From Euprymna scolopes (taxonomy: Eukaryota): a DNA stretch of 64,000 bases. Under the pieces are notes generated by a model. It was not told where the DNA came from. It did no database searches and saw only the letters and a program-made list of their open reading frames with translations. Position 1 is the first letter of the stretch. Every line of letters starts with the position of its first letter. Shown piece after piece: positions 1 through 12,722 of the stretch. A program made the translations under genes and the position numbers. Location of the stretch: the NCBI GenBank assembly GCA_053919585.1, contig CM132792.1; one strand, given 5' to 3'.

Positions 1-1003
1 GCTTTGAAGAATATGATTGAATTTTGTGAAGGAAAAGGAAAAATAATAACATCAATTTTTTGGTACATTTTAGGTCAGGAAGCCAGTATCTTAAGACAGC
101 CTCATTTGGTAGCACCAGTCCTTTCTTTGACGATTCTTTTATCAAGATTATCATAGGATACAGCTTACGTTAAGATCAGCTACCTATAAATTCCATTGCA
201 CATCTTTTGGCAATATGTTTGGCTGCAACTACAATAGCAAAATTCAAAATTTTTAATATTGAATTTTAAGGCAAACCAATGGTCTCTATTGAATTGCCAG
301 GTTACAGTAATGAATATATTAAAAAATCATTAAAACTGATAAAGTAAAAAAAATTATTAAAGAAAACATTTTTTAACAAAAATTAACGGAAATTACATGT
401 TTAACTAAAAAACACTGGAGAGTTCCAAAGCGAGGTACATGCTATCATGTAACATTTGTTAATTTTTTTTTTTAAATAAATTGTGCGTTTTGTCTTGTTT
501 TTAGAATAACCGAATTATCTCCCTTTTTATTATGTCACTTCTTCCCAAACAAATATGGCACCGTTTTTTTTTTTTACAATAAAGATTGAAAACTCATGTC
601 TTTTTAAATAATGCTGTTATAAGTACTTCTGACATGCCAATTAAGTAGATATCATTGTTTTTAGTTGAAATTGACAAAAAAAAAAAAAAAAAAAAATCAG
701 TGGATACGGTTGCTTCTTTTTAAATCGCTTTTTTCGTTTTACGAATTTCGATATTATAGTGTAGTTGCACCCCTGTTTTTCTTAGTTCTTTCTACTCTTT
801 TTCCCCTGTCTTTTTTTCAATCATATAAACTATTATTCCTCTGTTTTTGAAGGCCGTTGTGTAACGGCTGATGTACTAAGTAATATTCAGTTGTAAGTGA
901 CACTCTCTTGGAGGTTTAATCCTCAGTCTGAACAATACAATTGTGAAATACTTAAGATTTCTACCCTTATTATAAGTGATAAAACGACAGCAAGCTACTC
1001 CTA

Positions 1004-1780
1004 CAGGATGCCCCAAAAGAAGCTGACGGATTTTAAATTTGATTAACTTCATCAATATTTAAGTTATGCTTACCAATTTTCATATGTTTGTAGATAAGCC
1101 TCTCCGTGATTTTTTGCGATATAGTAAGATATCATAGTCTATTTATTCTAATTTTATTTACACAACTTAATCTAGGGTATGTTGTTCACAAGGTCTAATT
1201 TTAGTTATGAAAAATGATGTTACTCAAATGTCCACCATTTTCATTTTGACACTTTTGTGCTCTCTGCAGGGCATTGTCCATTGTCATTGGCTGAAGCTCT
1301 TGCACCAATTGAATTTTATATGGAAATTTGCCTTCTTCATAAAGCATTCTGTGAAGAGATGATCGAGAGACCCTAATTTGACTTGATCTCCTTTTTACTG
1401 ATGTGGATGGATCCTCGGCCACACTCTCTGCTAATCTCTGACGATTCTCATCACTTCTTGCCGTACGGTGTCTACCTGATTTAGGGAGGTCACGCACAGA
1501 CTCTTGCTCATGAAATCGAGCCACCATAGCTTTTATTGCATTGGGAGTAGGGGAATTTCTTGTGTTGAAGTTTTGTCGAAATTCTCTTTGAGTTTCTGAT
1601 ATTGACTCATTCAACCGAAAATACGTCTCTACAATAAATATCCGCTCCTCGGTGGTGTAACGTCTCATGATGATCTTGGAAAGGTTATTCTAGATGATTT
1701 AAAAAAAATAAAAGAAAAATATAAAAAATTAAGAAAGTTATGAATTTTTTTTAACCATCAGCTTCTTTTGGGACACCCTG
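1004..1780 (-). mobile_element. Internally deleted Tc1/mariner-superfamily transposon (rosa/DD41D-like)
   Basis: 26-bp TIRs CAGGATGCCCCAAAAGAAGCTGACGG / CCATCAGCTTCTTTTGGGACACCCTG (3 mismatches); TA duplication at 1002-1003 and 1781-1782. Confidence 0.9.
1201..1668 (-). pseudogene. Transposase ORF with N-terminal HTH region (DUF4817-like) fused in frame to the C-terminus; catalytic DDD domain absent
   Basis: YTTEERIFIVETYF..TQREFR..SGRHRTARS..PYKIQLVQEL joins directly to MDNALQRAQKCQNENGGHLSNIIF; no catalytic motifs between them. Confidence 0.8.
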
Positions 1781-2482
1781 TATAAAAGTTACATGAGCTG
1801 AAACATTGTAAAAATAACACTTAAAATGAGAACAGTAGTTTGTGTAATCTAAAGAACACAATTTATTTCCTCGTTATGGTCAACATCTTTTATGGAATGA
1901 AGTATATTAGGAGGGCAAAAGTTTTGTCAGCAAAAACTATTCATCTATTGTTGTTTGCGAGAGTTTCATGAGTAATTCGTCCGTTTGCTGTTTGAACTTG
2001 ACATTCTTAGCGGTACAGTTTTTATATCCTGTGACGGAGTCCAACACATGTGATAATTTCGAATAGCGATGAAGAAGCCTCATAAAAGCAATCTGGAAAT
2101 TGCAGAAACTTTGTTGAAACGTTGTTGAGACTCGTTTGTTTTTGGCATGTTGGCATTTTTATATTGCTTTTCTAGAATGTTCCAACCCATTCACTGTCTA
2201 CATACGCGAATAGACAAAAATATAGTCCCATGGATTTGTGTGTAAAAAGACCGCATTACAACTACGATTCTATGCACCGACAAAACTGTGTCAGAAAATG
2301 GTGACAAAATCAAGTTGTTCCTGAAATTAATAAATTTTGGCCGGATAGATTCTTCTGATTACATGGCAAGCATCTTGATTTAGCTGGTCACTACATGGCT
2401 ATGACAAAACTGCATCCTATCTTGAAATCCAAATTTGGAAATTTTGGTGAGTGCGAAGTCATCCCTTAGTTTACACTACTCT

Positions 2483-2656
2483 CTTTACACCATTACTGAC
2501 TTACTAAACAATGATTGTTTGGTATTGCCTGGCTTCCATACTTTACACCATTACTAACTTACCAAACAATGATTGTTTGGTATTGCCTGGCTTCCATACT
2601 TTACACCATTACTAACTTACCAAACAATGATTGTTTGGTATTGCCTGGCTTCAATA
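2483..2656. repeat. 58-bp tandem repeat x3 with internal palindrome
   Basis: Unit CTTTACACCATTACTAACTTACCAAACAATGATTGTTTGGTATTGCCTGGCTTCCATA starting at 2483, 2541 and 2599. Confidence 0.95.
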
Positions 2657-3180
2657 CTCCTTCTTTGTCTGTTAGACACAGAGGTACAATATAAGGGACT
2701 CAGCAGAGATACCTAGTGCCTTTTCTTGTTTTCTGACTAGGACAATGAACGGCGTTTCCCTTATTCCCAATTCATTTCTCAATCACAAACTGAGCAACTT
2801 GGGTGTGCTTGCATGCCACTTATGTTCGCTCGGCTGGCCTGGGCCACATTTCTGTGATAGGTTGAGGATACAGATTTGACAGTTTGTTTTGCTGCCGTTT
2901 CTGACTGACAGTACAGAAACCGTAACTCTTTAATAGTGCTTAGAGCGGCTGCTCCATCATCAGTTGCATAATATTGGGATAGTTGTAATGCCACGTAGCA
3001 CATGGAAACGGACTCTGAAGTTATCTCTAGTAGGCTTTCTCGATAACACAACAATCTAAACGGGACTCGCTTAATAGTCCTCTTGTGTATTCATATTTGA
3101 AATCAAAACTGATCCCGATATTCTACTCCCTAATCTTAAATTTTCCTCAATGGAAAAATCCCAAATAAATAATTTTTAAA

Positions 3181-4020
3181 TTTTTTTCTTTTTTTTTTAC
3201 ATGGTAGTCACCATTTATCAAGGCGCGCAAACCACTCGGGGATAAGGGTTATTGCATGTACAGTAATCAATGGGATAGTAGTAATCGCTAGTAATGGAGA
3301 TATGATAAAGTGTCTTACTTAAGGGGGCGGTTTATCAGGAATTTGTTTATGTTGAACTTGAAGACGTCCAAGTTGTAATCAGGTGGGAAACAGGCAAACG
3401 GAACAGAGTTCCACAGGCGTGCAGTTCTAAAAAAGAAGCTTTGTTCATGGAATCTACGTTTTGATTTAGGCACAGATAAAGAGTGGGGAAAATTATTGAC
3501 AGTGGTTTCAGCTAGACGAGTGTTTTTCGTGAAATATTGGCGAGGGGTGACCAGAGATTGGAGCTCAGATGAGCACTTGTCATGGAAATAATGATAAAAC
3601 AAAGACAGGCTTGCAACGTCTCTTCTATGGGAGAGAGGTTGCAGGGAAGAGAAAAGGGCATCCCCACAAAGTCTATTTTGTACTCTGTCAAGGCAGGATA
3701 GGCTGTTTTAGCAGCTCCTGCCCAGATGTGGAAGCAGTACTCCATCCTTGGACGTACTTGGCTTTTATATACAAAGAAAATTGCATCAGTAGTGAGATAT
3801 CTTCTGCAGCGGTAGAAGGATCCTACCGTTTTTCCAGCAACCTTGGCAACAGACTTGATGTATGTGTTCCATTTCAGATCAGGAGTAAAGATCAATCCCA
3901 GAAGCTTGTCAAAACATGAAGCCTCCCCAAGACGAGAGCCATCCATTTCAATTAATACCAGATGGTGATCAGAGCGTTGATGATGTAAAGATAGGAGCTT
4001 GGTTTTAGATACATTAAAAA
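3181..4020 (-). mobile_element. CR1-type LINE, 5'-truncated 3' end (RT C-terminus, 3' UTR, poly-A)
   Basis: ORF pieces LLGLIFTPDLKWNTYI..YKSQVRPRMEYC and SFFFRTARLWNSVP..FKFNIN; poly-T at 3181-3198 on + strand. Confidence 0.88.
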
Positions 4021-4234
4021 TGCTCTAGATGGTCCAATATTCCTTGTTTGCATTGAACATGGCTTATAGTAACTCTCACGGTAGGAGTCACCACTTATAG
4101 TAGCTCCAGCCAGGAGTCACTAATTTGTAATTCATAATGTAGATCTATCAATTTTTTAGGACCAAGGTCAAAAGTAGTAGAGTATCCGTGGGACCGTTAA
4201 AGATAAATTTAACGAGAGATCACATCCTCACATA

Positions 4235-5502
4235 CGAGGGGCGTGCAATAAGTAATGCCCCTGACCGATTTCCACTTGTCTGATCTGGCTGAAATTTTGC
4301 ATGTGCAATGATTTATATCTCTATGAGTTATGTGGCAAATTACAGCTCTGAACTAATTGTGGTTTCTGTTTTACAGGTGTTTGGACTGAGTCAGGTGTGA
4401 AATGGAGCCTGTTGAATGTCGAGCAGTGATCCGGTTTTTGTATTTGAAAGGACGCACACCACAGGAGACTTTTGATGAAATGAAAGAAACTTATGGTGAT
4501 AATGCCCCATCATATGACCTTGTAAAGCGTTGGTATTATGAATTCAAACATGGCCGGAAGTCTGTGGAAACAGCTCCCAGACCTGGTCGCTCCCCTTCTG
4601 CCATTGATGAGGCATGTGTCCGTCAAGTTGAGGCTGCCATTTTGGAAGATCGGCGCATTACTATTCTCCAAATAACCCAAGATGTCAAGATTAGTACAGG
4701 GTCTGTGGAAACTATCATTCATGACCTTTTGCATTTGTATAAGGTGTCTGCCAGATGGATTCCTAGGTTGTTCACACCATTCCAGAAGTGAGAACGCGTT
4801 GAGTGCTTGAGGATGAATTTGGAGATGTGCCAAGAAGATGAGTCAAAGTTTTTCAAAAGACTGATTACACAGGATGTAAACCTGGGTCCATCACTATGAT
4901 CCAGAGACCAAAGCCCAGTCAATGCAGTGGAAGCACTTGGACTCACCACCTCCAAAGAAGGCAAGGGTGCAGCCTTCCGCTGGCAAGGTCATGCTCACAA
5001 TCTTCTAGGACCAGGATGGATTAGTGATGACAGATTTCCTGGCAAAGGGTACCACAATTACAGGAGCCTATTATGCTTCACTTTTGAGGAAATAAAGGGA
5101 AGCTATCAAAATCAAGAGGTGGGGCAAGATCAACAAAGGTACCCTCCTCCTGCAAGACAACGCTCTGGTCCACAACTCGCATGTCGCCAGATCAGAAGCA
5201 CGGGCGTGTGGTTATGAAATCCTTCCCATCCTCCCTACTCTCCTGGCCTTGCACCCTCTGACTTTCACCTCTTCCCAGCCATGAAGTTTTTTTTGAAAGG
5301 AAAGCATTTCCCAGATGATGCAGCCTTGATTTCTGAAGTCACGTCATGGTTACAAACAGTCTCCAGAGCTGCATCAAACGATGGGAGAAATGCATAATTC
5401 TGGGTGGTTCCTATGTAGAGAAAGACTGATAACTGTGCCAAGTTTCGTTGCTCTACTGCTATGGGAAGTGGATCAGGGGCATTACTTATTGCACGCCTCT
5501 CA
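4235..5502 (+). mobile_element. Near full-length defective mariner (irritans-like), 1268 bp
   Basis: TIRs CGAGGGGCGTGCAATAAGTAATGCCCCTGA / TCAGGGGCATTACTTATTGCACGCCTCTCA; TA target duplication; transposase from ATG 4402 with WIPRLFT, LLQDNA and YSPGLAPSDF motifs broken by stops and frameshifts. Confidence 0.95.
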
Positions 5503-5795
5503 TACATAAAATAAAAATATAGAAATAACTTTGGAAAATACTAACACTTGACACAGAACTTGAAATCACTGTATTAATATGAAATACGCAACATTTATTT
5601 ATCAATCAATTCAAATCGTTTCAACATAAGTGTTTTCTTCTAATGAGTTTTCATTATGCAGGACTAAATGAGGTTTTCGTGAGAATAGCATGGTGTTTAG
5701 AATAACTGGTTTCTATGAACAGAGTGTCACGTGTGGCTTGAAATGAATGTGATTATTTTCTGGGAGAAAAACAGTTATTAAAGCATGTAAGCGAA

Positions 5796-5796
<1 letters not shown>

Positions 5797-5865
<69 letters not shown>
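5797..5865. repeat. (TG)n microsatellite
   Basis: Perfect TG run. Confidence 0.98.
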
Positions 5866-5867
<2 letters not shown>

Positions 5868-5999
5868 ATCACATAAGAAACAGTATGAAATAAAGGAAGA
5901 ATTAATTCTTGTTCGATGTGGTAATTTTCTATGATGAGAATTAAGGTTCATATGTGTGGCACACAAATTCAAGACAAAGGATTTTAATGCCGCCCAGTG

Positions 6000-7130
6000 G
6001 TGGAGTTATCCTGATATCCAGTCTTGGGAAAATAAACTGGAATAAACTGATTTGATTTTCGCAGCAAATCCTTATCTAGCAATGTTCTCAAAAGTTCCAG
6101 CCTGTTTGCTGTATCACTACATGCAGAAACGTAACATAGTTCCTTTGTTCAATGTGTGCGGGTGGTCAAATCGCAATGTTGTGTGTTTACGCATTCTGAT
6201 ATTCGTGGGCATTGAAAACTGTGATCGCTATGAAAATGTCCCTGCCGAAGATTTGTTCCATCCATATGTAGTGGTCGCTACATGACTCTCATGCTGAGAC
6301 AAGTCAATCTAAAAAGAAGGAATAAAATTATTGCAAGTATTTCACTGGGTGAAGGTGGCAAAACGGAGTGGACGCGTTATGTAAAAGTTGTAGCACTAGA
6401 CAGCACTGTGTCGTTAGGCGTGGCAGTAGTTAACGAATCTCCTGAGGTTTGCAGCTGTACCACTGTGGTACTATAGTTTGCATCATCAAAAAATGCTTTC
6501 TTCAGTCGAGTCATGTTTGTCATTCTTATCTATCATGAAATGTTTTGGATATCTTTTTAAGCACTTTGTAAGGACCAGAGTAGGGCAGCTGCAGGCTCAT
6601 GGGTACTCCATCAATTCTTACGAAGACATGTGTCCATGTATGAATGTCTTGAGGGAGGTGAACCATAGTTTTGTGAGACCTTGGTTCGACGTGTAATAGC
6701 GAGACGTATAGCTAGTCGGGTTTAATGTGCTTTTAATAGCAGTCGGTGCAATCATTTGTCCTGGCAAGGGATACAACTTTGTGACTAGTCGCGCACGTCC
6801 TTGTTAATAGCAGTCTATATGAAACATTATGTAACCAATTTCTGTGTTGCTCGGATATCTGGGTGTGATAAATTGTGTAACCTAAAAAAAACTGCTTGTC
6901 TGTGTTGGAGAGGTACTATGGACGTTCGTGTCCAGTTGATGTATTGCACCAAATAAAATCGTTCGAGAAAGGGAAGGGAACTTGTTAAAAGTTGAAACTG
7001 AGAGATTGTTGTAAGTTGTTTAGTTCTTCGTTGTTCTCCTGATTCTTAGCAATCCGATGAAGATCCATATTGTAAACAGGCTGAGTGCATACGTGATAAT
7101 GTGTCAGCAGCTTTATTTTCATTGCGTTTG
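6000..7130 (-). mobile_element. Gypsy LTR retrotransposon pol relic: integrase region (segment 3 of a split element)
   Basis: Minus-strand frames give NENKAADTLSR, IWCNTSTGHERP, LHNLSHPDIRATQKLV..CIPCQ (HHCC zinc domain) and HVFVRIDG..PYSGPYKVL; the integrase core appears deleted. Confidence 0.8.
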
Positions 7131-7169
<39 letters not shown>

Positions 7170-7740
7170 ATATATAAAAGCTAAGTACGTCCAAGGATAC
7201 TGCTGCCATATCTGGGCAGGAGCTGTTAAAATAGCCTATCCTGCCTTGACAGGATACAAAATAGATTTCATGGCTTAGTGGGGGATGCCCTTTTCTCTAC
7301 CCTGCAACCTCTCTCCCACAGAAGAGACGTTGTGAGCCTATCCTTGTTTTAATATTATTTCCATGGCAGGTGCTCGTCTGAACTCCAATCTCTGGTCCCC
7401 CCTCGCCAATCTTTCATGAAAAACACCTGTCTAGTTGAATCCACTGTGAAAAATTTTCCCCACTCTTTATCTGTACCTAAATCAAAACGCGGATTCCATG
7501 AACAAAGCTTCTTTCTTAGAACTGCACGCCTGTGGAATTCTGTTCCGTCTGCCTGCTTCCCACCTGACTACAACCTGGATGTCTTCAAGTCCAACGTTAA
7601 CAAATTCCTAATGAACCGCCCCCTTAAGTAAACACTTCATTAAATCTCCACACTAATGTACTGTACTTGCAATAACCCTTATCCCTGAGTGGCTTCCGGG
7701 CCTTGATAAGTGGTGACCACTGTGCAAAAAAAAAAAAAAA
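7131..7740 (+). mobile_element. CR1-type LINE 3' fragment with leading (TA)n, inserted into Gypsy pol
   Basis: Same family as 3181-4020 in opposite orientation (SFFLRTARLWNSVP..PPDYNLDVFK); poly-A at 7726-7740; interrupts the Gypsy frame between FISDI and NENKAADTLSR. Confidence 0.88.
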
Positions 7741-8831
7741 TTAAATGTCTGAAATAAATTATGAAATGTAATCCAAGTGACAAGCTTCTCTGGGTGAATG
7801 TTTGTCGGGATTAGTGGATAAAGCATGTGACAGTGGTTTGTGATCGGTAAAAATAGTGACGGTTGAGCCTTTCAAGATAAATCGGAAATGTTTTACCACG
7901 GAATAAGCAGCAAGCGATTCTCTTCCTAAATAACTGTATTTTCTTCCAGCATCTTGAAGTCTTATAGAAAAGAAGGATAATGGCTGCCAACACCTATGAA
8001 CGAGTTGTTGTAACACTCCACATCGGAAGCGTCTATGAATAACACAAGCGGTGCGTCTGTCTTGGGAAAAATCAACAATGTAGTGTTTGCTAAGGTCTTT
8101 TTTTTAAAAACTGAGAAAGAGTACATGTTCACGTAAAGTAATCTTTTCATGCTTTTTTTTCTATTCTGAAGAAGATCTGTTAAGGGCTGTGCCAATTCGG
8201 TGCAGTGAGGTAAGAATCGTTTGTAAAAGTTAATTAAACCAAATAATTCTCGTAGTTTATGAAGAGAGGTGGGAACAGGGTAATCGACAATAGATTGACC
8301 CTTCTCAGACAGGGTACGAATGCTGTCTTTGTCAATAATATGACCAAGAAAAGATAATGACGAAACACTGAACTCGCATTTGTTAAGATTGATAATCACA
8401 AGGTCAGTTTTAGAGAAAATTGATTTTCCGTTGAACAGATTGAAAAAAATCATGCAAATGAGAGATTGGGTAATAATCTGTTACTATTCGGCTGTTAAGT
8501 ACCCAATAATTTGCCCAAGATTCCCAGTCAACCGATGTCTTCTTGGAGACCATGTAGCACGGTGAGGACTAGTTACTTTGTAATGGATGAATGATGCCTA
8601 GGTCCAGTATGTGTTGAAATTTTTGCTTAGCTGCTTTCAAGTGGTTGGGTTACAGTTTGCGCAGACGTGCGCTTATGGTGGACCTTGAGTCTGCATATGA
8701 TACATGACGTCATGTTTGACAGTGTCTTCCATGTAGACAGGTTGCGTAACGTTTGGAAAGCAACAAAGTATTTTAGTGCATTCGTCTTCCGACTGGGCTT
8801 ATATTTGCCGATTTGCCTTGCACTGATAATC
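7741..8831 (-). mobile_element. Gypsy pol relic: RT and RNase H (segment 2)
   Basis: HDVMYHMQTQGPP, LDLGIIHP, IFSKTDLV, KCEFSVSSLSFLGH, GLINFYKRFLP, IDASD, WQPLSFFS, IFTDHKPL motifs; the RT YxDD region is missing. Confidence 0.9.
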
Positions 8832-9181
8832 TGGTATTGGGAAAAATATTGCTCCACACAAGAATTGGTAGGTGTCACTTACCACTCTGGAAGAGTGGGA
8901 GCAAAAAAGAAATTTTTTGTGAGAGTGCAAACTCCTTTTATCTTGATAGTTGTTACGTTCGTTTCGTTTGATTGGCTGAGCTGATTACAAAAAGTCACCT
9001 GATCATGCTGAATGGCACTGTTTTTTTTTTTATCAGTACAGCATTATAGCACAGGAAAACTTACGTCCTTATTAATTTTACCCGACCAACACGATGTTTT
9101 ATTTTTTACCTACACCATAGGTTGCAACAACCATTGTTGCAAATTTTTGTTAAAATACTTTTCTGTAGAAATTTCCGTTCA
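8832..9181 (+). repeat. 5' LTR of BEL/Pao element
   Basis: Aligns with 12723-13066 (TTTGTGAGAGTGCA, GTTTGATTGGCTGAGCT, GTCACCTGATCATGCTGAATGGC, GCAACAACCATTGTTGCAAA). Confidence 0.85.
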
Positions 9182-9223
9182 TTGCAGAGCTTGGGTGTAT
9201 TTTTTTTCTCTCCTTTTATAATT

Positions 9224-10700
9224 ATGGCGATGGAGCAAACGTCTTCCCTTGAGGATTCGTTGAGGATTCAAGAAAAAACTGATCACCTGCTCGAGGTTTT
9301 ACTGGATACAGAAGAAAGATACAATCATATTATCAAATACACGTTGAAGAAATTAAAGAACTAAGAGGTATTAGATGCATGAGCGTTGAAGAACGCCACG
9401 GACAATGTAAATGAATGGTTAGCTAGAATGGACCAAGTTCAGGAAAACTTGATCAAATTGCTTTCTAGAGACCAATTGGCACTACACACTTATGATTTTG
9501 TCGAATTTAAGGAAGAAATAAAAAGAGATTTACATGTCTTAACTGTAGAGGTTCACAAGGATAACTTCCCTCCTACCTCCCTGCAATCGAATGCAATGCA
9601 GTCGGCTCAGAATGACACCTCTATGTTCAAGCCTAAAGTCAAATGTCCTAGTTTTGGTGGTCTAGATTTCGAGAATAAGTTTACGTTGAGAGCCTTTCTT
9701 ACAAGATTTGACTATTGTACTTCTGGGTTGAAGTCCAGAAAGGAAAAATTAACTTATCTCAAGACCTGTGTTACAGGACGTCTTTTTTGTTTAATCCACC
9801 ACCTTGAAGAGACCTCTAATAATTATGATGCTGCTTTAAGGATTCTTAAGGATAATTATTGGGATGAAGAGGGCATAAGGAATTATTCTCGAGTTTGTTT
9901 CAATTTTCTCCTTGAGCCAAGTATGACATTGAATATCTCAAGAGTTATTTATCTCAAATAAAATATGAGTTGTCAGAGTTGGATGATATGCTGGGATACG
10001 GAATCATGGAAGAAAACTCAGAAGAAGGAGCATTAGCGGCCCATATACTGTTTCAAAGGCTGCCCTACTGTTTTAAGGAGGAATTGGTGAGGTCAATAGG
10101 AGCGCCATATCCTTCATTGTGCTATTCTAGATACTGGCATCAAGATTTTAAAATCCTGGAAAGCAGCTCTCCCCAAGACAAACAAGAGGGATTTGGGTTA
10201 TGTTAACTCTGGTAGAAATCTTCATCCAGACAAGGAGATGATGGCTGCAACAGCAACTTTGGAGAATTTTCATATCCAAGAAAACCATAAAGCGTGTTGG
10301 ACGGACATTCTGCTCAAGTTTGTGAGGAATACTCTACTCCCCACCCGCCCCCAAAAAGGCGCTTTTGTTTGGAATTGAGGCTTTGTTACAGGTGTACCCG
10401 TGCCAATCATTTTACTAACTATTAGTAAAAGAAGCCCCAAGGGCTGTTGTGATCGGTGTTCTGCTCAGGACCACATCACTGTTATGTGCCCTATGCCTAA
10501 TACTTCATTAACCCACAAGTGTATCAACATTGGTCTTGGAGAACAGCAGTTTATTCTGCCTATTACCAGTACCATACTCCAAAGGGGAACGAAATCTGCG
10601 AAGGTTAGGTGTTTGGTAGAGATTGGAAGTCAGAGCTCCTACTTCCAATCGTCCCCTTTGACAGATTTTCCAGTTTTAATAATCTTCTGCATGTAGTTTC
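9224..10700 (+). pseudogene. BEL/Pao gag (DUF1759-like), zinc knuckles and aspartic protease, fragmented
   Basis: KVKCPSFGG..FLTRFD..EKLTYLKTCVTG..NYDAALRILKDNY; CDRCSAQDHITVMCP; VRCLVEIGSQSSY (degenerate DSGS). Confidence 0.8.
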
Positions 10701-10739
10701 CAGTGTTTGAATTTATGCCTAAATCAAGAAGGAAGGGGA

Positions 10740-11960
10740 CTACAAACAGGCGGCTGCTAATTACTTGTTTAGGACGATGCAGCAACAGGCATTCCCCATT
10801 GAACTAAAGTTCCTACAGGATCCTCATGGCAAATCCGTCCCAAGCACTGTGTGTCAGCTGAACCTGTTCCTGGACAAGTCTATTGTGGTCTACTCCAGAG
10901 GCAAAATTCAGAAAAATGTATTTCTTCAATATGAAGTTCTGAACCCGGTATTACTCGGGAAGAATCATCCCTAGACTGACCTGATTGTGAGTAATCAACT
11001 CGAGAAAGCAAAACACTTATGGGTGCCAGCTACACTTGGTAGGATCAGAATGTCAGGATTTTGGATACCCCAAGGGAGAGAGGCCATAAAAGGAGTCCCG
11101 AAGGACTGTTACGTTTGCAAAACAATTAACTCTCTACCTTTCTTATATCCTAAAATGACGGATCTTCCTAAACATAGAGTAAATCTAGTGAGACTGTTTC
11201 TACATATTATACTGGACATTTGTGTGTGCGCAACCAGAATCTACAAAGGTCTACATTACAGTATTTACATGTCTAGAAATCAGAGCAGTACATCTTGAAC
11301 TGGCCGAGAACATGACAGTTCATACCTTTCTATCGACCTTCATTAGGTTTTCTAACATGTGGGGCTTACATTCACACATATATAATTACAATGCGAAATT
11401 CTTTATTGCTGGAGCTAACTGACTACATAAGCCCTAACTTCATCAGAATTTGAAGAGAAATTTGGGCACTACAATATGAAGCATGTTAGAATTCCTCTTC
11501 ATTCAGCCTGGTATGGAGGAATTTTGGAGCGAGTTATAAGGATGTTGAAGGAATGCCTCCGCAAAACCATTGGAAGATCCATCTACAGTCAATCGGAGCT
11601 GTGGACAGCCATCTCAGATGTCCAACAGGCAGTGAACAGCAGGTCGTTTACCTATGCGAGTTCGAGCAGTTCAGGGCTGGAGGTGATTACACCCAATCAC
11701 TTCCTGCACCCAGATCAAAACTGTGGACTTCTTCTCAGGTTGGAGAGTCCTATAATTAACGAGGATGAACAACCTTCCAGACAGGTATTGTTGGACACAT
11801 TGAGGAATCATGAGGAGCCGCTCGAGGGATTCAAATGAATATGGTATGAGGAGTACTTGCTCTCTCTTCAAGAGTGCAAGCCAGATCTTTATCTGACAAC
11901 ATCAAATAAAATACAGGTAGGAGATATTGTGACAATAAAGCTCCCCAACAAGTCTAGAGT
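10740..11960 (+). pseudogene. BEL/Pao integrase, fragmented
   Basis: FWIPQGREAIK..CYVCK, KVYITVFTCLEIRAVHLEL, SAWYGGILERVI, VNSRSFTY, ITPNHFL, WYEEYLLSLQE motifs. Confidence 0.88.
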
Positions 11961-12231
11961 TTAAAAATATATTCTCCGAAGCATCTGTACCTGCTGGAAC
12001 TGCATGCAGAACATAAAACAGAAGTGGATAGTCTGGAACTTAGTTATGAAGATTGCAAACCAGATGAGGGGATTCCTTGGTCAGACACCAGCTTGGGGAC
12101 CCAATCTTAGAACAGGAGAGTGAGTGGGTTTAGATCTGTCCTGGATGTAATCAATCTGATGATGGATCGGCCATGATCTGTTGCGACCGTTGCGAAGGAT
12201 GGTCTAGAAGTGTAAGCCATGTTTCGTTTCA

Positions 12232-12359
12232 GAACAGTTTCCGATGGTTCGTTGTTCCACACAAGTCCTGAGAGGTGACTGGTTTGCAGTAGACAAAACA
12301 GTTCCGATGGTGCATTGTTCTAAACAAGTCCTGAGAGGTGACTGGTTTGCAGTAGATAC
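12232..12359. repeat. ~63-bp tandem duplication in BEL 3' non-coding region
   Basis: Two copies of ..CCGATGGT..TTGTTC..ACAAGTCCTGAGAGGTGACTGGTTTGCAGTAGA. Confidence 0.85.
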
Positions 12360-12722
12360 TTCGACAGAGTAAAAGATTCTTACCATTTCGAGACGGAAAA
12401 AACATATTTAGTTTAAGGTTTAATATTTATGGAGCAATTCTGGTTTCTGATTGGTTGGTAGCAGAACGTGAATTAATTTGATTCGTCAGTTCCTAGCATC
12501 ATCGTATATAAATAAAATCACCCGACTCTGTGAGATCATACCCCATTATAGATAAAAAATATTGTAACAGATGGTTCCATTTTAGATGGTGTTAGTGTGG
12601 CCCTTCCAGAGGAGGAAGATTGGTTTTGACATAGTTGCTCTGAACTTTAGGAGATGTCTATATGCTATGCAAACTTGTACAAAATCAACAAATAGTTGAT
12701 TTTGTTTTCCATTGAGTGTGAG

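Larger units (their letters stand above)
852..1850 (+). mobile_element. Decayed tRNA-headed short element with Penelope-type tail, split by the mariner-like insertion at 1004-1780
   Basis: 852-1003 joined to 1781-1850 aligns by eye with 50545-50840 (GGTTTAATCCTCA vs GGTTCAATCCTCA; AATACAATTGTGAAATACTTAAGATTTCTACC; GTTACAT..GAAACATTG..AATAAC..ATGAGAACAGTAGTT). Confidence 0.6.

Noticed and set aside
852-925. Functional tRNA gene (also considered at 50545-50620 and 40975-41060)
   Set aside because: Only degenerate A/B boxes; no complete cloverleaf can be drawn, so treated as TE heads.
1912-2345. Possible additional DNA transposon relic
   Set aside because: No matching TIR pair or clear transposase motif could be established.
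2779-3054. 91-aa minus-strand ORF in a moderately GC-rich patch
   Set aside because: No recognisable motif in the frames checked and no convincing splice sites; probably an unclassified TE relic.
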